Shown here piece after piece: positions 28,468-38,211 of a stretch of DNA of 64,000 nucleotides (positions are counted from its first letter, which is position 1; each line of letters opens with the position of its first letter). The notes beneath the pieces are model-generated. The model did no database searches. It was not told the origin of the DNA and saw nothing but the letters and a program-made list of their open reading frames with translations. The stretch is taken from NCBI GenBank assembly GCA_022703375.1, contig JAKLDS010000001.1, positions 13,540-77,539 of the forward strand. Direction: 5' to 3'. The DNA is from Deltaproteobacteria bacterium (lineage in GTDB: Bacteria > Desulfobacterota > Syntrophia > Syntrophales > Smithellaceae). The translations under genes were made by a program, and so were the position numbers.

Positions 28468-29088
28468 ATGGTGCGGGAAGAGCGAAAAGAACGGGAATTT
28501 CAGACGCGGCGCACGGAAATTCTGGAACAGGCGGAAAAGATATTTGCCGCCAGGGGATATCACAACGTAACCATGGCGGAAATTGCCAGCGCCTCCGGTT
28601 TTTCCACCGGTTCTCTGTATCAGTACTTCACAGGCAAAGAAAATCTTTATTCAACAATGATCTGCGACAAGCTGGATTTAATGTATCGGCGGGTGCGAGA
28701 TCAGGTCAAGAAAGCGGAGGGCATTGAAGGCAAGATAGAGGCCATTATCAGCGCTCATTTCCTGTTTGTGGAAGAAAATACCGATTTTTGCCGTTTGTTT
28801 TTACCCGGAGAAAACACCATTATTTCCGAAGTAATGTTGTCAATGCGGGAAAAGATGATTGCTGATTACAGGCAGCATTTAATATTCATTGAAAATATAT
28901 TGAAGGTGGGAACGAAAAACGGTTATTTACGGAATCTGCCCGTTGATGCTTTAGCCAGGGCTCTTTTCGGCTTAATCAGAACAACAGCCATAGACTGGAT
29001 GATAAAGCCTGCAACGAAAAAAATGACAATGCAGAAAGATTTTATTTTGGAAATATTCCTGCGGGGGGTAAAACAAAATGAGAAGTAA
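28468..29088 (+). CDS. TetR/AcrR family transcriptional regulator (first gene of the efflux operon)
   Basis: HTH VTMAEIASASGFSTGSLYQYFTGKENL. The start could be 28435 or 28468. The 3' end overlaps the OMF gene. Confidence 0.85.
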   Translation: MVREERKEREFQTRRTEILEQAEKIFAARGYHNVTMAEIASASGFSTGSLYQYFTGKENLYSTMICDKLDLMYRRVRDQVKKAEGIEGKIEAIISAHFLFVEENTDFCRLFLPGENTIISEVMLSMREKMIADYRQHLIFIENILKVGTKNGYLRNLPVDALARALFGLIRTTAIDWMIKPATKKMTMQKDFILEIFLRGVKQNEK

Positions 29089-30430
29089 ATATCTGTTGTC
29101 GGCCTTGGTATTATTGCTGGGCATTACTTTTTTTGCCGTGTCCGGATGGACGGAGGAAATATTAACATTGGATTCCAGCATAGAATTGGCATTGAAAAAC
29201 AGCAGCGTAATTAACATCGCCAAAGAAGGCGCCAAAAGCGCCGTTGCCCGCAAGAAGGAAGCGTTTACCGGTTTTCTGCCGAAATTCAGCACATCATATT
29301 ATTATCAATACCTTAATGATCAGCCCAGTATGATTTTTCCGGGTGTGCCGCCTGCCATTCCCGCCAGCACGATTATTCTGGGGACTCAAAATAATTATAA
29401 TTGGGTAACGGAAGTTAAACAACCGCTTTTTACCGGCGGCGGTATTCTGGCCAATTATCAGGCCAGCAAAATCGGTGAAGATATTGCGATGCTGGAGGTG
29501 GAAGCCAGCCGCCAGGATGTCGTGCGGGAAGTAACAATAGCCTATTTTGATATTCTCCGGTCGCAGAAGATTCTCGAAACGGCTCAGCAATCAGTCGCAA
29601 TGCTCACGGCGCATCGGGAAAGAGCGCAAAACTATTTTAAAGTTGGGATGATTCCCAAAAATGATTTGCTGCACGCGGAAGTAGAACTGGCCAACGGACG
29701 GCAATCTCTTACCAAAGCGGCTAACGCCGTCGAAATGGCTAAATCGCATATGAATATCGTTTTAAGACGCAGTATCGCAGCTCCGGTGCGGGTGGAGGAT
29801 AATCTTGTTTACAGACCGTTAGGCAGTTCTCTGGCAGAATGCCTGGAGACGGCAGCAAAAAGAAGGCCGGAAGTAAAAATATCAGAATTAAAGGCGGCAC
29901 AGGCCGGAAAAATAGTAAGGGCGGCGCAAAGCGAATACCTGCCGACGTTGAGTGCGCTGGGCAACTACTCGAGATATGGCGATGATTTTTCCGTTTCCGG
30001 CAGCAATTATAAAAATATGGAAAGCTGGTATATCATGGCCGTGGCGAGCTGGAACTTCTGGGAATGGGGCAAAACGAAACATAAAGTTGATGCAGGCAAA
30101 TCCAGAGAAAACCAGGCTTTGGAAGCGGCGAAGGAATTAAACGATCAAATAACGCTGGAAATTAAGGGCGCATATCTGAACATGCGGGAAGCGGAAGCGC
30201 AAATTACCGTTTCGGGAAAAGTGATTGAGCAGGCCGAGGAAAATTATCGTATTGCCGAAGAACGCTTCCAGGAAAGAGTGGCAACGACAACGGAAGTGCT
30301 TGATGCGCAGACGCTGCTGACAAAAGCGAAAGCGCAATACGCCAACGCCCTTGCCGACTATAATATCAGCGGCGCCAGGTTGCAACGCGCGATGGGAACA
30401 ATCGGGAAACAAGCAGGCAGTGAGGATTAG
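29078..30430 (+). CDS. TolC-like outer membrane efflux protein (OMF) 1
   Basis: 450 aa with a signal peptide and the typical OEP repeats (LTLDSSIELALKNS, ...YNISGARLQRAMG). Confidence 0.85.
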   Translation: MRSKYLLSALVLLLGITFFAVSGWTEEILTLDSSIELALKNSSVINIAKEGAKSAVARKKEAFTGFLPKFSTSYYYQYLNDQPSMIFPGVPPAIPASTIILGTQNNYNWVTEVKQPLFTGGGILANYQASKIGEDIAMLEVEASRQDVVREVTIAYFDILRSQKILETAQQSVAMLTAHRERAQNYFKVGMIPKNDLLHAEVELANGRQSLTKAANAVEMAKSHMNIVLRRSIAAPVRVEDNLVYRPLGSSLAECLETAAKRRPEVKISELKAAQAGKIVRAAQSEYLPTLSALGNYSRYGDDFSVSGSNYKNMESWYIMAVASWNFWEWGKTKHKVDAGKSRENQALEAAKELNDQITLEIKGAYLNMREAEAQITVSGKVIEQAEENYRIAEERFQERVATTTEVLDAQTLLTKAKAQYANALADYNISGARLQRAMGTIGKQAGSED

Positions 30431-31732
30431 ATGATGAAGAAAATAATTGTCCTGATGGCAACGGCAGCGGCGGCTTTGTTATTCGTTTGGGAAGCCGCGG
30501 CACAGGAATATTCTCTTGGTGATTTATATCAGCAGGCGCTGAAGAATTCCGAAAAAATAAAATACGCCGAAGAAAATCTTTTTATTGCAAAGACCGGCAA
30601 GGATAAGGCCTGGTCATTGTTAATGCCCAGGGTCACCGCTTATGGCACATACAATCGTTTTTCCGAAGATAAGTATAATCCGACAGGCATTCTTATTCAG
30701 CCTTATGAATCGGGCAACTGGGGCGTCCGGATTGACGAATCATTTTCGCTTTCCGCCCGTGAGCTCAAAGCCCTGAAAATTGCCGGTCAGATTATCACCA
30801 AAAGCGAATTTGACCTCGATGCGGCAAGAACCGACTTTGTGCTGGCTGTTGCGGCTTCCTATTACGATGTAATGAAAACAAGAAAGGCTCTGGAAATAGC
30901 GGCTGCCAATATGGAGCGCTTGACACAATATCGTAATTCCGTGGAAAAGAAATTCAAGGTCGGTGAATTAACGAAGACAGCTCTGCTGCGTGCGGAAGGA
31001 GAACTTTCGGGGGCCCGGTCGGTTTATCTTAAAGCCACCAATGCTCTGAAAATTGCGCGTGCCGCTCTGGTGCGGGCAACTGGCATTGAAGAGAATTTCC
31101 GTCTGAAAGAAACGCCGCTGCCCGGAGAAGATAAGGCCCTGCTGGAAAGTTTGCGCGCGGACGCCCTTGCCGGGCGAGCTGATTTAAAAAGTTATGACGT
31201 GAACAAAAATATGGCCGAAGAACAGGTTGGTTTTGCCCGCGGCGCCTTCTGGCCTAATGTGGGATTATTTGCGATTTATAACCGTGCCGATCAGGATCCC
31301 AGCGGAGCAACGCTCAACGGGGAAAGTGTTCTGGCCGGTGTCAGCCTGACGTTTCCCTTTTTTGAAGGAGGGTTGAGGATGGCAGAACTGCGCGAAGCGA
31401 AGGCCAGGCAAAGACAGGCGCAGTTGGCCTACGATGATTTCCGCAAAAGCGTTGATATCGAATTGCAGGCGGCATATCTGGACGTGCAAACGCAAAGAGG
31501 AACTCTCAAGTTTCTTGAAGATCAACTGGCCTTTGCACAGGACAATTATAATGCTGTGATGAGGCAGTTTGATAACGGGTTGGCCACCAGTCTGGATGTG
31601 ATGGATGCCAATTCGCTGCTTTTGTCCGCCGATAATAATGTCGCGGAAGCGCTTTATAACTATCAGCTGGCGCATCTGAAGCTGAAAAAATCCAGCGGTA
31701 CTCTTTTGCATTTTGTGAACATGAGTAAATAA
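30431..31732 (+). CDS. TolC-like outer membrane efflux protein (OMF) 2
   Basis: 433 aa with a signal peptide and OEP repeats (YSLGDLYQQALKNS ...YNYQLAHLKLKKSSG). It starts immediately after the stop of OMF1. Confidence 0.85.
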   Translation: MMKKIIVLMATAAAALLFVWEAAAQEYSLGDLYQQALKNSEKIKYAEENLFIAKTGKDKAWSLLMPRVTAYGTYNRFSEDKYNPTGILIQPYESGNWGVRIDESFSLSARELKALKIAGQIITKSEFDLDAARTDFVLAVAASYYDVMKTRKALEIAAANMERLTQYRNSVEKKFKVGELTKTALLRAEGELSGARSVYLKATNALKIARAALVRATGIEENFRLKETPLPGEDKALLESLRADALAGRADLKSYDVNKNMAEEQVGFARGAFWPNVGLFAIYNRADQDPSGATLNGESVLAGVSLTFPFFEGGLRMAELREAKARQRQAQLAYDDFRKSVDIELQAAYLDVQTQRGTLKFLEDQLAFAQDNYNAVMRQFDNGLATSLDVMDANSLLLSADNNVAEALYNYQLAHLKLKKSSGTLLHFVNMSK

Positions 31733-31775
31733 CAGGCCGGCAAGAACGCGCCTGCGGACTAAAGGAGATATGTTA

Positions 31776-32897
31776 ATGCATTACTGGAAAGAAAATTACG
31801 CCCACAATTATTTGGCAGGAAATATCGCCGATCTGCTGTTGATGATTTTAATATTGGTTTTTGCCGGCACGTTTTTGGTTTCCTGCGACGGGAAAGAAAA
31901 GAAAGGCGATGCGGAAAGAGCTGTCAATGTAAAAATTGCGCTGGCGGAAAAAAAGAAGGTTCAGCCTTATATTGAAACAACAGGGACGCTGCGGCCGGAT
32001 AAAGAGGTTATAATAAGCTCGGAAGTTGACGGGAAGATTAAGAACATAACGGTTGATGAAGGCTCTTTCGTGCATCCGGCAATGGTGCTGGTGGAGATAG
32101 ATGAAACAGTTTACCGCCAGGACGAAATGCGCTCGGCAGCAGCGCTGAAACAGGCCCAGGCAAGCCTTACCAATGTCCGTTCCGATTACCAGAGAAAAGA
32201 AACTTTATATAAGGAAGAGCTGATAACCAAGCAACAATTCGATGATGCAACGGCAAGACTGGCGCTGGCGGAAGCCGAACTGGAAAGGGCTAAAGCCACG
32301 CTGGCCATTTCCAGAGAAAAACTTGCTCAGACGAAAGTATATTCGCCGCTGCAAGGCGCGGTAAAAGAAAAAAAGGTTACGGCCGGCGATTATGTCCGCA
32401 ACGGCACACCGCTCCTGCTGCTGATTAAAATAGATCAGCTCAAACTAAATTTTACCGTCGGTGAAAAGGACTCGGCTCTGGTAAAGCCGGGGCAGGAAGT
32501 ATCTTTCACGGTTGACGCTTACAACAACAGAGAATTCAAAGGCCGCGTCAGCCTTCTTTTCGCCAATGTCGAAGAAAGAACAAGAACGATGCAGGTCGAA
32601 GCAATTGTTCCCAACGGCAAAGGTGATTTAAAGGCGGGATTTTTTGCTCGGACGTTTATCTATACGAAAGCGCCCGACGACGCCGTTCTCATTCCCATTA
32701 CCGCTCTCATCTACGACAATGACAGTGTCCGTATTTTTATCATCGAGGGAGACAGGGCAAGAGAAAAAAAGGTCAGGTTGGGCAATAAGTACGGTGAACA
32801 AATAGAAATTGTCGAAGGCGTTAAAGAGGGCGAGCAGATTGTCGTTGTCGGTCAGAACAATTTATCGGAAGGGGTGAAAGTAAATGTGGCTCGCTGA
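31776..32897 (+). CDS. RND efflux membrane fusion (periplasmic adaptor) protein
   Basis: HlyD/AcrA-type sequence with a coiled-coil hairpin (QAQASLTNVRSDYQRKE...AEAELERAKATL) and beta-barrel motifs (KVYSPLQGAV). Confidence 0.85.
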   Translation: MHYWKENYAHNYLAGNIADLLLMILILVFAGTFLVSCDGKEKKGDAERAVNVKIALAEKKKVQPYIETTGTLRPDKEVIISSEVDGKIKNITVDEGSFVHPAMVLVEIDETVYRQDEMRSAAALKQAQASLTNVRSDYQRKETLYKEELITKQQFDDATARLALAEAELERAKATLAISREKLAQTKVYSPLQGAVKEKKVTAGDYVRNGTPLLLLIKIDQLKLNFTVGEKDSALVKPGQEVSFTVDAYNNREFKGRVSLLFANVEERTRTMQVEAIVPNGKGDLKAGFFARTFIYTKAPDDAVLIPITALIYDNDSVRIFIIEGDRAREKKVRLGNKYGEQIEIVEGVKEGEQIVVVGQNNLSEGVKVNVAR

Positions 32898-35800
32898 TAC
32901 ATCGGTCAAACGTCCTGTTTTCGCCACGATGTTCATCATGGCGCTCGTGGTGCTGGGAATTGTCAGCTACCCCAATATCGGAGTGGATCTTTTTCCGAAA
33001 GTCGATTTTCCTATAGTCAATGTTACAACAGTGCTGAAGGGCGCGAGCCCCGATGTCATGGATGTGGATATCACCGACCGGATTGAAGGCGCGGTCAACA
33101 CAATCAATGGAGTGAAGAGCATTGTTTCGAGCAGTACGGAAAGCACTTCACGGGTAACTATTGAATTTGTTCTGGAGCGGGATATTGATCTGGCCGTACA
33201 GGATGTGCGCGAAAAAATATCGGCGATCCGCTCTAAACTGCCTGCTGATATTGATGAACCCCGCATTGCCAAAGTTGACCCGGACGCCACGCCGATATTA
33301 TGGATGAATCTATCCGGCAATAAGTCCGTCCGCGAATTATCAACTTACGTGGATGAGATTTTAAAAGAACAATTTCAGAGAATCAATGGCGTCGGCGATG
33401 TCGTGATGTGGGGATTGCGTCTGCGGCAGGTGCGCATCTGGCTCGATTCGGCCCGCATGCAGGCTTATCAGGTGGCGCCGTCGGACATTGTCCGGGCATT
33501 GCAGCGGGAAAATATCGAATTGCCCGGCGGACGCATTGAAACGAAAACCAAAGAATACACAATCCGGATTAAAGGTGAATTCCCTCAGGTTAACGATTTC
33601 AATGATTTGATTATCAGTTACTACAAGGGAGCGCCGGTCAGGATAAAAGACATCGGACGCGCCGAAGACGGCATGGAGGAAAAACGCAGCCTTGCCCGTT
33701 TTAACGGCATTCCGGCCGTCGGGATGGGCATTCAAAAACAGTCGGGAACCAATACGGTTGTTGTTGCGAGCCGCGTCAAAGAAGAAGTGGAGAGAATCAA
33801 CAAAGTCCTGCCGCCGGGAATGAAAATCAACATTGCCATGGACCAGTCCGTTTTTATTCTCCGTTCGATTCATGAAGTGCAGTTTCATTTAATTATCGGC
33901 AGCATCTTTGCCGTTCTGGCGGTTTTCCTATTCCTGAAAAATATCCGGACAACATTAATCAGCGCCGTGGCTCTGCCGGTTTCGGTGATTTCCACCTTCG
34001 CCCTGATTAATGCTTTTGGTTTCACCTTCAACAATATGACGATGCTGGCGCTGTCGCTCTCGGTGGGGTTGCTCATTGACGACGCTATCATCGTCATTGA
34101 AAATATCTATCGCCATGTTGAGGAAGGCATGGCGCCCCGGGAGGCGGCCACATTCGCCACATCGGAAATAGGGCTGGCCGTCATGGCCACAACATTTGCC
34201 ATTGTCGGCATCTTTTTGCCCGTCGCTTTCATGAAAGGAATAATCGGCCGGTTTTTTCTCCAGTTTGCCTTGACGGTTGTTTTTGCCGTTTTGGTTTCTC
34301 TGCTGGTTTCCCTTACCCTAACGCCGATGATGGCCTCAATTTTTGTGAAGCATCATCAGCCCTCTCTGCCCGATCAACAGTCGGCTGGTATCGGCTCGTT
34401 CATTCATTCCAGCAGACACTGGTGGCAATGGCTGCCCGATTATCTGGAAAAATACTACCGCAAAATGGAGGACGGCTACCGGCGCCTGCTGGAATTTTCA
34501 CTGGGTTATCGCAAAACAATGTTGGCGGGCGCGCTTGTTATTTTCGCCCTGAGCATTTTGCTGGTGGTTTTTGCTTTGAAACTGGAGTTTGCGCCGCCGG
34601 AGGATCAGGGAAATTTTGTCATTCGCATGGAAGCTCCTTTTGATTATTCCGTTGACAATGTAGAAAAATTTTTCCAGCCGGCGGAGGATTTTGTCCGCAA
34701 AATTCCGGAAATAACTTCCGTTTATTACTCCCAGGGTTATGGCGGATATTCCAATAAAGCTGTCATGATTGTCGGATTGAAGCCGAAAGCCAAGCGGGAA
34801 AAAAGCCAGGAGGATTTAAAGAAAGAAGTAAGGCAGAAACTGCGAACCATTCCCGGCCTGAAGGTTTCGGCGGAAGACATCTCAGTGGTCGGAGGCGGGC
34901 AGCGGCAGGTTCCCATTCAATACAGCATCCGCGGCCAGGATTTGGCGGCGCTTACCGAATATGCCAGAAAAATATCGGCGGAATTTGCCAAGCGTCCGGG
35001 AATCGTTGACGTTGATACGTCTGTCGAGGCAGGCAAGCCGGAGTTCAAAGTATATATTGACCGCGACCGGGCTGCCGATCTGGGAGTGGATGTGGCGACA
35101 GTGGCCGAAGCAATTTATCTGCTGGTCGGCGGTGAAATGGATATTGCCCGTTATAAGGATGAACAAAAAGGCAAAAGATACGATATCCGCGTCCGGTTAA
35201 ATCCGCAGGATAGGGAAAGCTCCAATGGCCTGCAGCGAATTTATGTCCGGGCGCGCGACGGCAAACTGGTGGAACTTTCCAACGTGGTTAAAATTCAGGA
35301 GGGCAGCGGCCCCAGCGTTATCAACCGCGTGGATCGGCAGCGGGCGATTTCCATCTTTGCGGGATTGGAGAAAAAGGCTTTGGGAGAAGCTATGGACGAG
35401 TTGAACGAAATATCGGCACGCATCCTCCCGGCAGACTATATCCCGAAATATCAAGGTATGGGCGATGTTATGAAGGAATCGTTTATCAATTTGTTCTTCG
35501 CCCTGATTCTGGGAATAATCATGGCATATATGATTCTGGCTTCCCAGTTTGAAAGTTTTGTCCATCCTTTGACCGTTTTACTGTCAATGCCCCTTTCCTT
35601 CATCGGAGCTTTTGGCGCTCTTTATCTGACCGGCAATACAATCAATATTTACAGTATGATTGGTTTGATTCTGCTGATGGGTCTGGTCAAGAAAAACGCC
35701 ATCTTGCTGGTTGACTATACCAATGTCTGCCGGGAGCGCGGCATGTCGCGGCGGGATGCCATATTGCATGCCGGACCTGTCCGGATGCGGCCCATTTTGA

Positions 35801-36039
35801 TGACGACATTTGCCATGATTTTCGGCATGCTGCCGGTGGCCATCGGCGTCGGCGAAGGTGCGGAAACACGCGCGCCGATGGGCATTGCCGTTATCGGCGG
35901 GTTGATTACCTCATTGTTCTTAACGCTGATCGTTGTTCCGGCGGCTTATGACATATTCGATGACTGGCAGGAATATTTTAAAAAGAGAAAAGAGCGCCAG
36001 GTGTCGGTGACCGGTGAAATAAACACTGAAATCAAATAA
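32884..36039 (+). CDS. RND efflux transporter permease (AcrB/HAE family)
   Basis: 1051 aa with N-terminus SVKRPVFATM and 12-TM RND architecture including the conserved GLLIDDAIIVIENI motif. Confidence 0.95.
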   Translation: MWLADTSVKRPVFATMFIMALVVLGIVSYPNIGVDLFPKVDFPIVNVTTVLKGASPDVMDVDITDRIEGAVNTINGVKSIVSSSTESTSRVTIEFVLERDIDLAVQDVREKISAIRSKLPADIDEPRIAKVDPDATPILWMNLSGNKSVRELSTYVDEILKEQFQRINGVGDVVMWGLRLRQVRIWLDSARMQAYQVAPSDIVRALQRENIELPGGRIETKTKEYTIRIKGEFPQVNDFNDLIISYYKGAPVRIKDIGRAEDGMEEKRSLARFNGIPAVGMGIQKQSGTNTVVVASRVKEEVERINKVLPPGMKINIAMDQSVFILRSIHEVQFHLIIGSIFAVLAVFLFLKNIRTTLISAVALPVSVISTFALINAFGFTFNNMTMLALSLSVGLLIDDAIIVIENIYRHVEEGMAPREAATFATSEIGLAVMATTFAIVGIFLPVAFMKGIIGRFFLQFALTVVFAVLVSLLVSLTLTPMMASIFVKHHQPSLPDQQSAGIGSFIHSSRHWWQWLPDYLEKYYRKMEDGYRRLLEFSLGYRKTMLAGALVIFALSILLVVFALKLEFAPPEDQGNFVIRMEAPFDYSVDNVEKFFQPAEDFVRKIPEITSVYYSQGYGGYSNKAVMIVGLKPKAKREKSQEDLKKEVRQKLRTIPGLKVSAEDISVVGGGQRQVPIQYSIRGQDLAALTEYARKISAEFAKRPGIVDVDTSVEAGKPEFKVYIDRDRAADLGVDVATVAEAIYLLVGGEMDIARYKDEQKGKRYDIRVRLNPQDRESSNGLQRIYVRARDGKLVELSNVVKIQEGSGPSVINRVDRQRAISIFAGLEKKALGEAMDELNEISARILPADYIPKYQGMGDVMKESFINLFFALILGIIMAYMILASQFESFVHPLTVLLSMPLSFIGAFGALYLTGNTINIYSMIGLILLMGLVKKNAILLVDYTNVCRERGMSRRDAILHAGPVRMRPILMTTFAMIFGMLPVAIGVGEGAETRAPMGIAVIGGLITSLFLTLIVVPAAYDIFDDWQEYFKKRKERQVSVTGEINTEIK

Positions 36040-36053
36040 CAGGAGTATATCCC

Positions 36054-36344
36054 ATGAAGATGTTTTTGATAGTTTATTGCGAGGCGTCTGATGAGGATGT
36101 TGTTGCGAAATTCAAAAACGCCGGCTTCAAATCCTATACCAAGATGCAGGGAGCGATGGGTGAAGGGGAAGGCTCCGAACCGAAGCTCGGCACGCATTAC
36201 TGGCCGGGACGCAACAACACGCTGTTTTTTGCTGTGCCTGATGAGGAATTGCCGAAGCTCCATGAGCTCTTTCGGGAATTAAAAGCCGAACATCCCCGTG
36301 CCGGCTTAAAAGCCTTCACTTTTCCCTTAGAAGAATGCGTATAA
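36054..36344 (+). CDS. Small RND-associated cytoplasmic protein (possible PII-like fold)
   Basis: 96 aa, 14 nt after the RND gene stop, with no signal peptide. The beta-alpha-beta pattern (MFLIVYCEASDEDVVAKFKNAGF) suggests a PII-like fold; the family call is tentative. Confidence 0.5.
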   Translation: MKMFLIVYCEASDEDVVAKFKNAGFKSYTKMQGAMGEGEGSEPKLGTHYWPGRNNTLFFAVPDEELPKLHELFRELKAEHPRAGLKAFTFPLEECV

Positions 36345-36524
36345 TGTGGTATGTCAATATGGCCGGACAAAAAGTTACCCGCAGACAGAAAGATATTTCC
36401 CGCTTATTACGCGAAAAAAAACGACTTCTGCCCGGCGATAAGAAAAGCGGCAGACAAAACATGCCGGTTAAAAACAACAAAAGTTAATAATATTATTATA
36501 AATATTATGTAAGGAGGGAAAATT

Positions 36525-37166
36525 ATGAAACGCAGTGTATCAGTTATTGCCGTCATCGGGATATTTTTTCTGGTCGGTTGCGCAACAACACAGGAGCTGA
36601 CATCATCTATTTCATCAAAAGTAACTTCCATTACAGCTACCGTGGATCCGGCGCTGGTTAATCAGGTTCCTGCGGATAAGCGCGCGGGTTTTGCCAAAGC
36701 CGAGTTTGATTTGAATCTGGCGATAGAGAAAGAAAAACTGGCCGCATTGAAAACAGAATTAGCGGGATTGCAGAAAAAGAAAGCAGGTTATGAGGAAGAT
36801 CTGGCGAATAATTTCAAAAGAGAAGCGGAAAACGCCTATGACATCGTAAAAGTTGATGCTCTTCTCAATGCCGGTGTGGGCAAAAAAGAAGACAACATGA
36901 AAATCAGGGGAAATGTTGATTCGAAAAAATATAAAATTCTGGCTGACCGATCCAAAATTAATTATGATATAAGTGATACAAAGATGCAGATAGAAAATAA
37001 AACCGCTGAAATTGCGAATCTGGAGAAGGCAATCGGGGAAATTAAGTATGATGGCGGCAAAGCTTCTGATAAAGCCAGCGTTTCTCCTGCTCCGGCAGCA
37101 GATGCCAAGACGGAAGTAAAGCCGGTTCCTGCCGCCGCCGAACCAAAGAAAGAAGAAAAGAAATAA
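36525..37166 (+). CDS. Lipoprotein with a coiled-coil and low-complexity C-terminus
   Basis: Lipobox FLVGC after a signal peptide; RBS aaggaggg. The C-terminus is Ala/Pro/Lys-rich. Confidence 0.7.
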   Translation: MKRSVSVIAVIGIFFLVGCATTQELTSSISSKVTSITATVDPALVNQVPADKRAGFAKAEFDLNLAIEKEKLAALKTELAGLQKKKAGYEEDLANNFKREAENAYDIVKVDALLNAGVGKKEDNMKIRGNVDSKKYKILADRSKINYDISDTKMQIENKTAEIANLEKAIGEIKYDGGKASDKASVSPAPAADAKTEVKPVPAAAEPKKEEKK

Positions 37167-37258
37167 TCATTTTTCAGGACATTATTATTGATTTCTGGGC
37201 CGTTGACGAAGCGCATTGATGTTACTAAATTACCGGAAAATGAACAGGAGGAAGAAAT

Positions 37259-37837
37259 ATGGCAAAATCAATTAAAGGAACAAAAACGGAAAAAAATCTA
37301 CTGGCGGCTTTTGCCGGCGAAGCGCAGGCGAGAAACCGTTATACCTACTTTTCCAGTGCGGCAAAAAAAGAAGGTTTTGAGCAGATTTCCCATATCTTTT
37401 TAGAAACTGCCGAAAACGAAAAAGAACATGCCAAGGTGTTTTTTAAGCATCTGGAAGGCGGTGAAGTCGAAATAACCGCGGCGTATCCGGCAGGCATCAT
37501 TGGTGATACCAAGACAAATCTGGAAGCGGCGGCCGCCGGCGAAAACATGGAATGGACAACCCTTTATGCCGACTTCGCCAAAGTAGCCAAAGAAGAAGGT
37601 TTCCCGGAAGTGGCGCGTTCCTTTGAACAGATTGCCAAGGTGGAGAAATTTCATGAAGGCCGTTACCGGAAACTGGTTGCGAATATAGTTAATAAAGAGG
37701 TGTTTAAAAAGAAAACAACAACCAAATGGCACTGTATTAACTGCGGCTATATTTTCGAAGGCGAGGAAGCTCCCAATGAATGTCCTGCCTGCAAACATCC
37801 GCAATCATATTATGAAGTCCTGGCGGAAAACTTTTAA
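37259..37837 (+). CDS. rbr: Rubrerythrin
   Basis: Di-iron ferritin-like domain ([30 protein letters not shown]) plus a C-terminal rubredoxin CINCGY...CPACKHP. Confidence 0.95.
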   Translation: MAKSIKGTKTEKNLLAAFAGEAQARNRYTYFSSAAKKEGFEQISHIFLETAENEKEHAKVFFKHLEGGEVEITAAYPAGIIGDTKTNLEAAAAGENMEWTTLYADFAKVAKEEGFPEVARSFEQIAKVEKFHEGRYRKLVANIVNKEVFKKKTTTKWHCINCGYIFEGEEAPNECPACKHPQSYYEVLAENF

Positions 37838-37950
37838 TGAGACTAAGCCTTTTGCGCAGCAAAAGGCTTAGTCGAATTGTCCCGAGGAGCGTAGCGAATA
37901 ATCTAAAGGTCAAACGATGTCACACGTCGGGGTTAATGACACCCTAATTA
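37835..37950 (+). repeat. Modular intergenic hairpin repeat (TAATGAGAC family), copy B
   Basis: TAATGAGAC starts at the rubrerythrin stop codon. A perfect 13-bp hairpin gactaagcctttt-gcgcagc-aaaaggcttagtc follows, then an AATTGTCCCGAGGAGCGTAGCG module. The 3' end is approximate. Confidence 0.7.
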
Positions 37951-37963
37951 ATCTGCCTCTGGC

Positions 37964-38005
37964 AAAAAAAAGAAAAAGCGCAATTTCTGCAAATTGCGCT
38001 TTTTA
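37964..38005. terminator. Bidirectional Rho-independent terminator
   Basis: Stem agcgcaattt/aaattgcgct is flanked by an A-run on one side and a T-run on the other. It can serve rubrerythrin (+) and tRNA-Leu (-). Confidence 0.7.
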
Positions 38006-38015
38006 CTTTATTAAA

Positions 38016-38102
38016 TGGTGCCGAAGCCGGGATTTGAACCCGGACAGGCGTACACCCACTAGACCCTGAACCTAGCGCGTCTACCAATTCCGCCACTTCG
38101 GC
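38016..38102 (-). tRNA. tRNA-Leu (anticodon CAG)
   Basis: The reverse complement reads GCCGAAGTGGCGGAATTGGTAGACGCGCTAGGTTCAGGGTCTAG...GGGTTCAAATCCCGGCTTCGGCACCA. It has a long variable arm, anticodon loop TTCAGGG and an encoded CCA. Confidence 0.9.
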
Positions 38103-38211
38103 ACGCGAAGGGGTAACTATAACGATCGCGGCTTCTTGTCAAGAAAAATGAGCTTGAATTTAAGCACCAAAATGCTATGTTACCGCCCGGTTATTGACAG
38201 GGAATTAAAAT

